A stretch of 64,000 bases of DNA from Phoronis australis. Its lineage: Eukaryota; Animalia; Phoronida. Location of the stretch: contig NMRA01000145.1 of assembly GCA_002633005.1 (NCBI GenBank), positions 533,873-597,872 on the forward strand. The letters run 5' to 3'. Position numbers and translations under genes: made by a program. The notes under the pieces were generated by a model. It was not told where the DNA came from. It saw only the letters and a program-made list of their open reading frames with translations, and ran no database searches. Positions within the stretch are counted from its first letter, which is position 1. Each line of letters starts with the position of its first letter. Below, one piece after another: positions 50,401-63,859 of the stretch.

Positions 50401-53400
50401 ATGACGATGACTATGGTGATTATAAAGACAATAATGACTTCCATGATTATTATGATGTTTGAAAATGATGATGATGATGATGGTGGTGGTGGTGTTGTTG
50501 ATGATGGTGGAAAAGAAGGTCGATGGTGATGATGTTGGTGATGATGATGATGATGATGATATGATTATGATGATGATGATGATTATGATGATGATGATGA
50601 CGACGACGACGACGACGACGATGATGATGATGACCATGATGCTGATGATGTGGTCAGAAATGACCGTAACCATGGCCACATTAACGACGATGATGGTGGT
50701 ACGGTCGATACTGATCATGAAGGGATTGGCGTAGTTGATAGTGATGGCGATGCAACGGACTTCTGTTGTTTATACATGAAAGACATTTACCGTCATACTT
50801 CCAGATGTGTCCATGACAAGAACGACTCGTCTGTCTCGCGTTCGCACTATCTTAAAGGTAGGCACCAATTGGTCGTCGGGAATTTCTCGGGGAAGATTGT
50901 TGAGGTTTCTGAAATCTTTTGAATTTCCGATGACTTCCCAAGTGCTTTTCCCTCTGCACAATCGGTTGTGTTTGTTGGGGGCTTCGCTGTTGTGATGAAT
51001 TTTAGGATCCGCCTTGTTGTGTTCACAAAAGTAGTCCACCTTGTTTGAGTTAAATTTAGAAATTGTCGTACAAAAACGAAACAAGTTCAATCAATGCGTT
51101 GTTACAGACATTTCTAATTTACACAACGATTGGAATTAGTATTTACTGCTGGGGTTATTCACCCTGAAGTTCCTATGCAGTTCAACTGACTAGGCTTTTA
51201 CATGACTGCGTATACAAAGGCAGAGATGGCCAGTCATGTAACCTTGGCTACGAACGGTAAACGCAAGAATCTTGCGAAAATGTAATATCATGCAAATTTT
51301 CGCTAGAGATCGCCATGCAATGTAACTGAGCACATGAGACTTTTCTTGCCAGTGCGTTTGGTGGGTGAGGCACAATCCTTCTTCAGACAATCGTAAAAGC
51401 GACAGAAACACCAGCTGGATCAATTGTGGAAATCTTGAATACTTAGCTCTGTCTGACCGAAGAATAACTCTCACCATAACTCTCATGAATGTCCACAAGC
51501 AGCCAGGATAGTTGTTGAATCAGGCTAGCGCACCTGCCACATGATTCAAAATGCAAAAGGACAATATATACTTACCCCAGGTACGTATTGCCTGTCCATG
51601 ATAGAACCCTTTAGACCCTTTTGCCATCGTGCCTTTTCGTGTGGATAAAAATGACAATTCTTGGGGTAGGTGCCAAGTATTGGATCAATTCGGCAGAATT
51701 TTATTTTTTTCCTGCCCTTGTCATCGTCTACGTATTCCCAAATCCTCCCTTTCATTGCTGCTGTGCATCGTGTCGGCTCGATCCTTCCCGTCGAAGGAGA
51801 AAAATAAAATTCTTGCTCGCCATCCGTCGGATACTCGTCAAAAACACCCCAACGGAAGTGGGCCCACTCATGCACGATAAGCTTTTCTGAAAAGTAAACA
51901 GAAACAATCCTTATTATTAATGACACAGCATCTATTTAAATGATTTAGCCTACGACATCACACGTAAAATTTTTGTCTTGAGTTATTTCGGGAACTTGGC
52001 AATTATGAATTGTAGTATAGAAAGCAATTTAAGTGCAAGCTGACACAACCCTAATAACTGCTTATTTGTTCAGAGTCAAATTTTCTCGGGACCCTCAGCT
52101 ACAAGAAGTCTGGGGACCCAATAATTTGACCAGTCTCTGATCAACTGCTTCGTCGCAGCCACGATTCCCCCAGGGCATAACCATAACTGTCACTCTCTGC
52201 TCACGTATTCACGATTTTGACCACGGTTAGGATGCAAAATTTCACTCCCTTCCCGCTAACTACAAAATATGTCGCTACTTTTACCGCGCATTTTGTAAGT
52301 CGGGCAAAAGGCGAGGGGATTCTAAACGTCGTTTCAATTACCGGTCAGCTTACGAATATAGCTTACAACCCTTGAAAGACTAGGTGTTACTAACTTAAAT
52401 CTCTAGCATTGCGTTCCATAGACCCAACACAATAGCCACGCACTTGCAAGAAATCTTCGCTTATGGAAAAGAAATAATGAATGCTATCCCACAATTCAAC
52501 ATTCCAACATCACCGACCAATCACTCCAGTGGCAGTCATTGTACTGGGTTACGCTGGTACAGCTAGTTACGGTCTCGAGCTTTCTCGCGAAACTTTCATT
52601 CGTGTCATTTTGCGTGGTCTTGCGTGATCTAGCTTTTCTGGCAAGAAACTTTTAAGTTTTAATTAAAATTGGTTTACGGAAACCTACCCTGATAGCAGTT
52701 TCTTTCTGTGGACGCCTGAGGACGTCATATTTCCGTGGACCTGCCCATCGTTTATGTCGCTCATGTCGTTGTCAAACATTGTAAGGAGATTCAAAAGTTG
52801 CTCCAAAGTCTTGATAATGGGAAACAATTTATAAAGATTGCACTTAATCGGTTTCCAAAACAGAACAGTTATAGTCTACCTGGAGGTCCATAGTAATCTT
52901 CCGACTTCGGATCTGTCAAATATTCCGGAGTCAGGTGCATATGAACGCCCGAGTCGCCGCAACCACTGTAAGTCTTCACGTAAGGATTGTTGCGGTGGCG
53001 CGGATTGGCAGATGCCACGATGACGTCAGCTTTGTCATATAACTCGCCCTTCACCTGAAATGATTTGCGAATGCGCGGAACCAAAGTATTCATAAATTAG
53101 AACTACACGAATTTGAGCTGCAAACTATTATTTTTCTTGATAAAAGCAGTTACTGGTTTATTACATTCGTAAGTGTTACGTGAATCCGCAATATACTGAT
53201 CCTGTCTATACGGGTATTGTTGTCTATTTTTTTACACAAAAGCACAGTGTATTTTTTAAGAAAAACTGCAAAAACCTCTTCACAAACCGGCGTTCATTTA
53301 TAGTAATAGTCTGTCGTGTAATCACCGAGAGAAACGAATACGCGGCTATTGCAATACTTCGCTAATCGATTCTTTCCGTTGTTGTTCGATAGACCTGCAA

Positions 53401-56400
53401 TACATATGGAAGGCAAATCAATTGTAAGAGGTTTTTAAAATGCTTTTTCTAAAAAAACACTCGCCTACGATTTTGTGTCCGTATGAACAAAATAAACAAC
53501 GATTTCCATAAGCGTATGGCTATTTTTTCTCTTTCCGACACCACATTTCTACTGGTGTGTGTGTTTTATGTGCACAGTTGATCTAATCTAATATACCTTT
53601 TGAAAACCACTGTTGTAACACAGCTTACCTGGCCGTATTCCGGTTTATCTGTCCATGACTTCGGGAGCAAGATTGTGATTTCTTTGAAATAAGCTCTCTT
53701 TCTCGTGCTTTTGTACAATTGTTTGGAAGCCGCAATGAACTTTTCCTAAAATCAAATGAGGTACAGTGTTTCGCACGTCAAAGTCATAACTGTTGCATGA
53801 TTTGTGTGACTTTATCTGTGTAACGTTATTCTCAAATCAAGATTTATGTTCGTCACATGTCCCGACGGTAAAAAAGGTGCGTCACAAACTATGGTTCCTG
53901 AAATGGTAATTTATTATAACAAAGCAACGAGAACTCCATGGAAGGGTATTGGACGACGGAAATTATGGGAGAAAACATTTTCGCCTGAAAATATTTAATC
54001 CACACTCGCAATCCAAACCAAGGAATTTGCCAAATAACTGTAAGATGATCGACAAACACATTTCGCGAAACGAAAAGACATGACTGTAGTTCACGTACAA
54101 TGATAGCCATTACCTGTTGCCAAATTGAACAAAATAAAAAGGTTCAAAACGATGGCAAGAGGAAATCAACAGTTGGCCGGCCTTCAAAACCACTTTCCAG
54201 TACTTCAAAACCAGTCGGCTGAACTGCAATAGCAAATGGCCGGTGATCAAACGCGTTGTTTGTTCAAAATCGGTGATTTCTTCGGCCATTGTGTTGGAGG
54301 ACCCGGTAACTTGTTTTAGGTCCGACCAACCAGTTTTGAGGTACTGGCCAATTAGAACATTGGCCATTGTGTTTTGCACTCCAGCCAGCTGGTTTTAAGT
54401 CTGCGCAAGTGGTTTTGAAGTTCGACTAATTGTTGATTCCCCCTTGGATGNGGCGAACAACTGAACACGTTGTCGGTGTCTAGGTTTTCAAAGAGAAATG
54501 TAATAATATCCTATCATTTCGTGTTGAATCGAAACAAACAGTAAACAAATGATTTTTGTTAAAAACACGTTGTATGAGCCTGTACTACTGGGCTGAGTTG
54601 CATAAAGCTTCAAAAGTTATCCGCTGGATAAGTTTGATTGTTGCATGACGTCAGGTGCATTGTTCAACAATAACAACGTGACGCGTGATAATGCTACTTC
54701 CTTGTTGCTAAACGGCGTATAACTTTTATGCAACTGAGCCCAGATGTCGACAACAAGTTGAGTAAATTTGAAAAGCGCACAACCTTTGGTAAAACAAGGC
54801 ATGTCGGCAAGAAAAAATAACGTCTAAAAAGCTGGAAATTGTGTAACAGGCCAATTCGCTTAATCGAAACATTGGCAATAACCCATGCGAATGTTTAATA
54901 TTATTTTTAGAAAATGTCAGTGAATTTGGTCAAAAAATTCTAGCAAGAAGTCTCAACGGAGGGCGTCCTGCAGCTTGAAAATTTACCATACCGAAGAGGG
55001 TAACGTACATGAATATCAAAGGGTTTGGAAAACGCGGCTTTTCTGAAAATGGTGACACCATTTATGTAAAACAGTCGTGAACCAAATTCACAAACTGCAG
55101 AAGGTGAATACTTAAAATCAGAAATTGTTTAAGATGTGTTGCGAGTCTGTCCCGGGAAGTGTGATTTTAGGGAGCAGTGTAGATATGAGTACTCGGATGC
55201 ATGAAACAGTCCCTAGTTCTACTGCGTATTTGTGAGCATGAAACAGTCCCTAGTTCTACTGCGTATTTGTGGGCATGAAACAGTCCCTAGTTCTACTGCG
55301 TATTTGTGGGCATGAAACAGTCCCTAGTTCTACTGCGTATTTGTGGGCATGAAACAGTCCCTAGTTCTACTGCGTATTTGTGGGCTTGTAATAACACTGA
55401 TTGTCCTATACCATGCTGTTTGAGTAAAATCACTATTTTAATGCAAATTTTTGGTTTTGATACAAATCGACGAGGAACTCTATGTTGAATTCTAAATATT
55501 ATTGAAAATAAGCAGGGATCTTTTCATGTAACGCTCCCAATTTAAGGACTAAGACCCTAATTAATTTGGTTGAATTAAGGGCTCAGTTTTTAGTTATATT
55601 ATTGGAAAATTTCATTATTCAAAGAAGAGCTCATAATAAAGATAATTAAAATTATATAAAAATATCACATCTGTGCCTAAAGAACGAAACAAATACGAAA
55701 AAAGATTTAGGAAACTTGAGTCCCTACTTGGCACTGTTTCTTGCAACTGGCCACTGAACTCCTAATTAGGACCCTGCATACACTGAACCAAGGAATTTCT
55801 CACTTTCTTCTCAAGATTTGAACACAACAGGCTCGAACCAAGTGGTGACCGAACAAACGTTGAAAACACTAACTACCGGTGTACGATGATGCAATCAAAC
55901 CATGTTTTGGCCAAAGTAGCATTTTTCATCAAGATTTTGGACGGGCTGAGAGGTTCTAGGGATTGGGTTTGATGTCTGGACCATTAAGTGAAAAGTAGAT
56001 GAAAGTGGATGAATTTGTAGATAAGTTTAATCTGGAACACTAACACTCCATTTACTACACAAATAATATTGATAACACTGCATGGGACGGACAAAAATGG
56101 CACACTGTTCTTGGAACAACCTGGAAATAATTTGCATTTTTGCACACTGGTCAGTACATAAAAACTTTCAGTAACGCGACAACGTGAACATCTAGTGTTG
56201 TTAGGGGAAAGTAGCCGTGTGAACTGAATAAACGACTTTATAGTGGGATTTTTCATCACAACACCACGCACTCAAGGCAATGTTTATTAGAAGTCTTATG
56301 CACTTTTACAATCCCACAAAACAACATCTCTCCGGAAAAAATATTAATCAATTTCAAAATATCACACTTTCTAGACTCAACTTGTTACATAATAGTACAC

Positions 56401-56661
56401 ATGTTGGAAAATTAGAAATAATTGTGAGAATATTGACAATTTCAATAGTTATACAGCGTTTGGTTTTTACGCCTAGACGAAAATAGGCTTGAATAGTACC
56501 TTGATTGCGTCTATTAAGGATGCATTTTCTGGAATCCTCCGATGTATTCCAATCACTAACCCTTCATATCCATTATTTACAAGATGAATCTCAGAAGATC
56601 TACCATATGCGAAAACTACAAGTCCGCTTGTTACCAAGGCAAGCTGTAGGATGGTCGTCAT
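44438..56661 (-). CDS. CLCA: Calcium-activated chloride channel regulator (CLCA family), 13 coding exons, about 1088 aa: 56500-56661, 53629-53745, 52880-53054, 51576-51886, 50791-51039, 49863-50090, 49393-49579, 48942-49048, 48250-48474, 47372-47636, 46142-46321, 45670-45924, 44438-45243
   Basis: All 12 introns are GT-AG with consistent phases (3267 nt total). Signal peptide then NNGYEGLVIGI, zinc-metalloprotease HEWAHFRWGVFDEY, vWA VVLVMDTSGSM / LITDG, LLDNGLGADVTKNDGVYSRYF, FnIII-like LSWLATGDDED, and a C-terminal TM helix. Confidence 0.93.
50200..50752. repeat. (GAT/GAC/GGT)n compound microsatellite in a CLCA intron
   Basis: Long imperfect GAT-rich trinucleotide tract, purest at 50465-50650. 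Confidence 0.9.
54591..54740. mobile_element. PIF/Harbinger-type MITE, copy 2, in CLCA intron 1
   Basis: CTG|GGCTGAGTTGCATAAA ... TTTATGCAACTGAGCC|CAG in a CWG target. Homologous to 30362-30501. Confidence 0.8.
55199..55385. repeat. 37-bp minisatellite, 5 near-perfect copies
   Basis: GCATGAAACAGTCCCTAGTTCTACTGCGTATTTGTG(G/A) with period 37 and no spacers. Confidence 0.95.
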
Positions 56662-57542
56662 AGTGTCACGCGCTGCTTCACAATGGGGGTCTTACAGAAG
56701 ATAATGGTGTTTAAATGAGATGATAGTGTCTTAACAAGTGATAAAATGTGTTTAGGGGACCAAGGCATGCGCAAGGGCAATCAAAATACCTTGCAATCAA
56801 TCATTTCATTGTAGAGTAAAACGATCCAATTATCCAAAATGGAAAAACCTTGACTCTATGACGAACATTCACTTCGTCCTCCCAAATTCAATTATTTCCT
56901 GCTCCCTGTAAAACAAGTATGTTATCACTGAAAAATGAACACAGATAGCCCAGGCAGATGTATTGGGTAAATTTTCCTAGCAATCGATCCCATCATCGGG
57001 AACTCCCTGTGAAACGGAAACCCTTAGTATGGAAATATAAAACACTTCAAAACAATAGAAGGCGGCAATGGGAAGCTATTACGATCTTTCTTTCCTTCAC
57101 GGATGCCTTACACTCCAATTCTTTGCCAGAAAGATCCCTGCAAGAACTGGTTATCTGTTTTAACTCAGCTTATGGAAATTCCTATTTCGCCCACATTGAG
57201 AATCATCACGATTTTCAGGATTCTTTAAGCATGGATTTTTTTATTTCTCAGCAATTACATTTGATGAACGCTGGAGGGACACATACTGCGCTTCAGTCAG
57301 AAACTCTCATGAAGAAAGATGTTGCCAATTATCCTGTATAATTTTTTATTCAATGGCCTTTGCTAATCCAAGAACGAAGAATGACACTTACCAAAATCTA
57401 CTGCGGCAGTTCGCTCACAAGTTCTTTATGTCGGATGTTGTGGTCTCGAGAGAATTTTTTTGGTTTAAAAGCACCTCATTTTTTCGTTGGAACACTTGAA
57501 TGTATTTCTACCGTAAGCTTTTCATCAAGTTAATACAACTTA

Positions 57543-57958
57543 TGGCCCTGTCACACCTTGACGATTTAGCCAGCGTATGCCGACATATCAGAATTTCCCT
57601 AAAACGCTGGCATACGCTGAATTATCGATTTTTTTTCAATTTTGGGCGTATACATAGCGTATTCATAACGAATTGGACGTATACATAACGTATCAGTAAA
57701 TTATATAGAACGTTTCGATAACTTATTCCAACGAATGCCTAGCGTGTTGCCGGCGTACACAACTTATGCCCAACGATAGTCTAACTTATGCATAGCGTGC
57801 AGCAAGGTATTGCCGTCGATCACGTGTCGTAGTCTATAAAAAGGCTGCCGCTCGACGTTTCAAATCATAACTGCACTAGACATTGCAGTACCAACATCAG
57901 CGTCATGCCAAAGAAAAGTGCTAGGAACGCTGCCAAGAAATCTCCTGGCCGTGGCCGT
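57543..57958 (+). mobile_element. Left end of a PIF/Harbinger-like transposon, truncated at the N
   Basis: Starts after TTA with TGGCCCTGTCACACC and is absent from the homologous site at 59063 (CAACTTA|GGTT). Subterminal GCGTAT/ATACGC motifs, TATAAAA near 57835 and ORF start MPKKSARNAAKKSPGRGR at 57905. Confidence 0.6.
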
Positions 57959-57996
57959 NGTTTTTACGCCTAGACGAAAATAGGCTTGAATAGTAC

Positions 57997-58158
57997 CTTG
58001 ATTGCGTCTATTAAGGATGCATTTTCTGGAATCCTCCGATGTATTCCAATCACTAACCCTTCATATCCATTATTTACAAGATGAATCTCAGAAGATCTAC
58101 CATATGCGAAAACTACAAGTCCGCTTGTTACCAAGGCAAGGTGTAGGATGGTCGTCAT
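57997..58158 (-). CDS. CLCA: Second copy of CLCA coding exon 1 (likely alternate haplotype)
   Basis: Same 54-aa peptide as 56500-56661 except Q6H, with the same AAG|GTACT donor. Confidence 0.6.
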
Positions 58159-60532
58159 AGTGTCACGCGCTGCTTCACAATGGGGGTCTTACAGAAGATA
58201 ATGGTGTTTAAATGAGATGATAGTGTCTTAACAAGTGATAAAATGTGTTTAGGGGACCAAGGCATGCGCAAGGGCAATCAAAATACCTTGCAATCAATCA
58301 TTTCACTGTAGAGTAAAACGATCCAATTATCCAAAATGGAAAAACCTTGACTCTATGACGAACATTCACTTCGTCCTCCCAAATTCAATTATTTCCTGCT
58401 CCCTATAAAACAAGTATATTATCACTGATGAGAGTTTCAAAAATGAACACAGATAGCCCCGGCAGATCTATTGGGTAAATTTTCCTGACAATCGATCCCA
58501 TCATCGGGAACTCCCTGTGAAAAGGAAACCCTTAGTATGGAAATATAAAACACTTCAAAACAATAGAAGGCGGCTATGGGAAGCTATTACGACCTTTCCT
58601 TCCTTCACGGATGCCTTACTCTCCAATTCTTTGCCAGAAAGATCCCTAAAAGAGCGGGTTATCTGTTTTAACTCAGCTTATGGAAATTCCTATTTCGCCC
58701 ACATTGAGAATCATCACGATTTTCAGGATTCTTTAAGCATGGATTTTTTATTTCTCAGCAATTACATTTGAAGAACGCTGGAGGGACACACACTGCGCTT
58801 CAGTCAGAAACTCTTATGAAGAAAGATGTTGCTAAATATCTTGTATAATTTTTTATTCAATGGCCTTTGCTAATCCAAGAACGAAGAATGACGCCCATCA
58901 AAATCTATTGCAGCAGTTCGCTCACAAGTTCTTTATGTCGGAGGTTGTGGTCTCGAGAGAATTTAAGGCCAGGCACAAACCTGGTTTAAAAGCACCTCAT
59001 TTTTTCTTTGGAACACTTGAATGTATTTCTACCGTAAGATTTTCATCAAGTTAGTACAACTTAGGTTCGGATGTATTTATAGGGAACAATTCCGAAAGAA
59101 TTAACACATCTTAATACGTCTTGTCTAAAAATCTGTATTTTTGCCAGACTTACTCTGGAATTACTGCTGGACAAATGACCAGTTTTCTACTGTCTGAATA
59201 ATATACTAGGTCCCTCCAAGCTCCAAAAAGTTCCATTTCATACATTGTATCTCACTCACAAAACCATGTAATATTCTTATGTGGATGATTTTGAACAACA
59301 GACTTACCCGGCACAGAGGTATGATCCTTACATTTTTCCTTACCTGCAAAAACTTGGATATCTTTTCACTTGTGGGTGGACAACACTTGAGAATATGTTG
59401 CAACAATAAGCTAGCATAAACTTCGCCGGTCATTTTGAGGAGCATGCAAATCACATTCAAGACAAGAGATTGAAAACAACAGATGATTTATTCAGATAAT
59501 AAACATAAAAATTTATAAATTAATTTAACTAATGACCAAGATGAAATGCCCAGGCAGAGTAATGCCAATTAATTGACCTCAGAAATACTTGCAAACTTCT
59601 TCCACAAATAGCACAACTGAATTCTCAAACTTACTTCTGCCAGCAGTAACAAACTTAAGAACAATTGGAACTAAATTGTCGACTCCTGTATTTCTGTTAC
59701 AACTCAACTCCGAAATTTGTCACTAAACTTCATAACAACCTCCAAAAGCAACAACTTGCTGACTTTAGTGACTATCATAGAAACTTAGCAATAGCAGGTA
59801 GAATTCTACTACTAAGGAAACTCTTATGCAATGTGGGAAAGAGCTCTAATTACAGAAAATATACATTTTCAGTAAAACAATAAAATCTGTGTCAACTATA
59901 CAATATAGTTATTGTCTTTACCTTTCAGTCATTATACTACTTAAAAAACAAGAGGCTCGTTTTATCAAAGGTCATGAATCCGGTCACACCTAAGATGGTC
60001 GTAGGCACGTTATCACAAACATGACGCGCATTAATTTTATCAAATGTAACATAGTCTCTCATATTCTGACTTTATAACAGCTGCCTTCAAAAGACAAGTT
60101 GATGAATAACAGGCAAATAAAAATCAAATAACAACTGTCTCGGCTTAGACCAGACTAACGGCACTTCATACAACGAGGATGGAAAGCAGCATATTGACAT
60201 GGCTGAAAATCAATAAGGTTTTCATGTATTTTTAAAAACCTGCACAAAGGCATAAACAAGTGTAAGTAAGTTTTGAAAGGCTATGATTTTGCCAAGTGAT
60301 GAGTGGATTTTCTTTTTTGAAAAGATAAAAAACTAAAAAAAAAACATTTCACCACCAAGACGAATTTCAAAAAAAAATAAAGACCAGAAGCAGCTATGAT
60401 TTTCTTAATGGCTTTATAAGCATGCAATGTCTTGTTTGGCTCTTGTGTGAGAAGTAGATGAAATCAATGCATCAAAATACAGTCTAAGCAAGGATTCAAA
60501 TCATTCATTAGGTACACTTCCACAGATGTAAC

Positions 60533-60660
60533 AAAAATTTGGCAATATTCACGTACAAGGGTCCCGGATTGTGAGAACCAGTTCGATGTCCGCTATTCAG
60601 TGGTGAAAACTGGTTCTCAAACTGTGGGACCCCTGTAAGTGACTGTTACCAAAATTTTTT
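60533..60660. repeat. Long imperfect inverted repeat (hairpin/MITE) downstream of the coiled-coil gene stop
   Basis: TTTGGCAATATTCACGTACAAGGGTCCC...TGAGAACCAGTT pairs with AACTGGTTCTCA...GGGACCCCTGTAAGTGACTGTTACCAAA. Confidence 0.75.
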
Positions 60661-60831
60661 TCTTATAAACTCATGGTTGGCTCAACACCCATTCCCTAAT
60701 TTCCTAGCTTTTCTGTTTATGCAAACATCGTGGGCTCTACCCTAGACAAGTACAGTAAGCTGAATATCTTGTAGTAGACCAAGGCAAGTATTTAAAGTGC
60801 AAAGATGTGCCAGTCCGTTCCAGTGTAGGGC

Positions 60832-63800
60832 TCACTTGTGTCGTATTGGGTCCAGTTTTGGAGATCCATAACGACCACCTTTTGCCTTTGAGCTTGGGTA
60901 GTCATATTTTCTATCTGTTTCCTAAAACAACGAGTAAGCATTGTTAGATGAAAAAAAAAAAACAAATACAAACAAATCACAACAAAAACTGACCAATTAA
61001 AACCTGTTTTCAACAGACTGTCTCATGAAGAAGTTCTCATTCATGCAATCAACAGGTGGGCCAGACGAGACCGTTGAGAGCACGATATGGCAAACCAAGA
61101 AGTGCCACACAACAAGTCATGGAATTCCAAGACATTTCACGTCTGCTCAAAAATAGCACTTTACGAGACAGCAAGGAAAGCAACAGAAAGAATCCCAGTC
61201 ATCAAAAGAAGAAATGATCACTTGACATTTAGTTTAATGCCCGACACAACAAGATAACGTCATGTTTTTTATTTTTATCTGAAAATACTGTAGATGGTAA
61301 CATGAGGAGATAACTTGAGCTGTTAGCAAGTAACCCTAGCAACAAAACATACCACTATTTTTACATCTCCAGCAAAATAATAGTTACTCAATGCCTGAAT
61401 GTAAGACATCACATCAAAGTTGGATGTCATTCAAAGAAAATATCCTTAAGTGTGGAGACACCTCATGGCAGGGAAAGAAACTGTTGAAAATCTCAAAAAG
61501 AAGGCAAAAATACCTCACCTTGAACAATGACAACTGGCACAGAAGTCAAATTAGTCCTATGGACACACCTCATTTGGGTGTTTTACAAAGAAATTATTAT
61601 TTTTTTTAAATTAGGGTGTATACCATGATACACAGTCAAATATTCGTTACATATTTTATAAACAGTGCATTTCCCATCTATTTTATAAACAGTGCATTTC
61701 CCATCTATTTTATAAACAGTGCATTTCCCATCTATTTTATAAACAGTGCATTTCCCATCCAAGCACCTTGCTTACAGTGAAATTGTTAAGTTGGTTTCAT
61801 TTAAGCATGCTTGGATTGCAGCAACAATGCCAAAGCTCATTTATGATGTATGGTATACATATTACCATATTCCTATGAGTTGACAGCAATGTTTGGCTAA
61901 ACACCCATACCCCAACTTTTCAAATTTTCTCTTTAACCACCATGCTTAGCCATATGCACCCTCTTATTGTGGAACATCTGCTTTGTTTTTGAAGTGCCAT
62001 AACTTTGCGAGTGCTCATTTCAGCTTCCAAAACCCATGTAGTTTGTTCGCTTGCAACTTACAAGTGGCTTATTGTCCCCATTCTCATGAAACCTTCATTT
62101 CTCTTGCAAATGAAGTGGCTCGTCGAAAGACATCATTAAAAAAACCCACTTTGACTTTTAAAAATGTTGACTTTTTAAAGACGCCCATGCTTGGCTGTAC
62201 GCCCAGTCCCTGATTTTTGAGTTACCCAATTTCAACGCTTTGGGTGTGAGCACGGCTGAGAATGGAGTGCGAACAGAGTGTGAACAAAGGTGACTTCTGT
62301 TGCTTACCAGAACAGGAAAATCATGTAAAACCATCGAGCTTGTCCGCCCAAAGCCATGTTCTGCCTCATTGAGCTTAAGTTTCAGTTCAGCTCGTTCTTT
62401 ACCCCACTGCCTTGAGTTGTCTGCTAACTAGAAACAGATGAAGGGAACAATAAGAATTTCGTAAAACAAAATCAAACCTTGAGTGACACAAAATAAAAAT
62501 TTTTCTTAAGACGTACTACAGATTGCTCTTTAGTAATATCTGTTTAAGCTCGAGACATCCTGTGTGGAGCGTCGAATGTTTCAATTCTATTTTGTGAAGG
62601 ACACAAAAAATTGAGTTGTGAAATAAAAAAGGTAAGTCCTACACTCCTTGTTTCTATGGTCACACTGTGATCAGAACGGAGCTCATAAGTGTTAATTGAA
62701 ATAAACTGCTTCATTCTTATTTTTTTATGTTGAAATTGGATACTTTCGACTCCCCCACTCAGCCTTGAATGTAACATCCGTGACATTTTAAGCCCGAATG
62801 AAAAGATTGTGCCCGTAACAGTGGAAATGGTGCAACAAGGATGTTTTCAACAAGAACATTTTCAGTTTTCATTTTTAAGATCATTATCCACTAAAAATAG
62901 GGATTTTCAATGCAACAAACCATGGCATGAGATTTCATTTGATTGACAGGTTGCGCATGAAACCAGCGCATTCGCAATAGCCTTTCAAAAACTGGCGATT
63001 TTTAGAAGAAAACAATTTGCAAGAAATCAACTTTAACTGAAATCTTTGCATAATTAGATGCCTGCACAGCCCACATTTTCAAAACATTTTTTGTAAAATA
63101 TGGGTACACCTAACCTAATACACCACCATAAGCCTTAAAGCTCATAGGGCTGGCTAACTCCACTTTCTACAGCCTGACCAGATGACAGTCTTTCAACTAC
63201 CCCAGGAGGGGGCGCTATTCCATCGCAAGTTCCCATCCACGACTGGTACTCATTTACAGACCAGTCGACTGGAGCACAATGCAAGTCCAGTAACTTGCTC
63301 AAGGGCACTACTAAGCAACAAGAACACACAATCCTTCAGTTGCAAGTCCACCATACCAACCACCATATGCTCAGGGCTCTGTTTCATGAAAAGTGACTTT
63401 AAGACCTCAGACTGAAATGTGTTAGACTCCACAAAAATATTTCTGAAAAATATTAAATATCACTTGAGCAAATGTCCAAAGTCTCAAAGACTATGTAAAT
63501 GCTTGCAAGTTAATGAGATAATTTCTTTTTAATTATTTATAGAGTGTGGTGCTCTTATAATTACTTGGCTAGTGGAAGAAATTAGACCAAATTTCAGACT
63601 TAATCACTATCATGAAACAGGTCCCTGCCTATTATCTTCGGACCAATGCAGCTTAATCACTCATGCTACGACCATATAAGAACATACTAGGATTAACTCC
63701 CCTGTACTAGAGGTTTCCAAACACCTTAGTTTTGGAGTCAGCTTCACTCACTTGTTTTTCTAATGACATAATTCTTCCCTCAGCTTTATCTAAAGCTTGG

Positions 63801-63859
63801 TACAGCTCCAATTTCTCGATGTCTTCACTTGTTTCTGACTTTTTACTTTTCAGTTGATC
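60832..63859 (-). CDS. 3' end of an unidentified coiled-coil protein gene (exons 63752-63859, 62308-62427, 60832-60921); continues beyond the window
   Basis: Three phase-0 GT-AG exons read DQLKSKKSETSEDIEKLELYQALDKAEGRIMSLEKQ / LADNSRQWGKERAELKLKLNEAEHGFGRTSSMVLHDFPVL / ETDRKYDYPSSKAKGGRYGSPKLDPIRHK*. Not in the ORF track. Confidence 0.75.
61653..61759. repeat. 27-bp minisatellite, 4 copies
   Basis: ATTTTATAAACAGTGCATTTCCCATCT in tandem. Confidence 0.95.
63130..63400 (-). mobile_element. Degenerate SINE (tRNA-derived type) in an intron
   Basis: Minus strand contains GTGCCCTTGAGCAAG...GTAAATGAGTACC...TGCGATGGAATAGCGCCCCCTCCTGGGGTAG, which resembles conserved metazoan SINE central domains. 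Pol III boxes are not clearly recognisable. Confidence 0.55.

Larger units (their letters stand above)
56463..59063. repeat. Near-identical duplication (56463-57542 vs 57960-59063) including CLCA exon 1 and upstream region; N at 57959
   Basis: Colinear ~1.1-kb copies. The second starts right after the N. Confidence 0.9.

Noticed and set aside
50359-50734. Poly-Ile, poly-Met and poly-Asp ORFs
   Set aside because: Artefacts of the (GAT)n microsatellite inside a CLCA intron.
55199-55385. 37-bp repeats of CRISPR-like length
   Set aside because: Units are contiguous with no unique spacers, lie in a eukaryotic intron and have no cas genes nearby. This is a minisatellite.
57970-58158. A second complete CLCA paralogue
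   Set aside because: Only exon 1 is duplicated, it is nearly identical and it abuts an N. No second set of downstream exons exists in the window.
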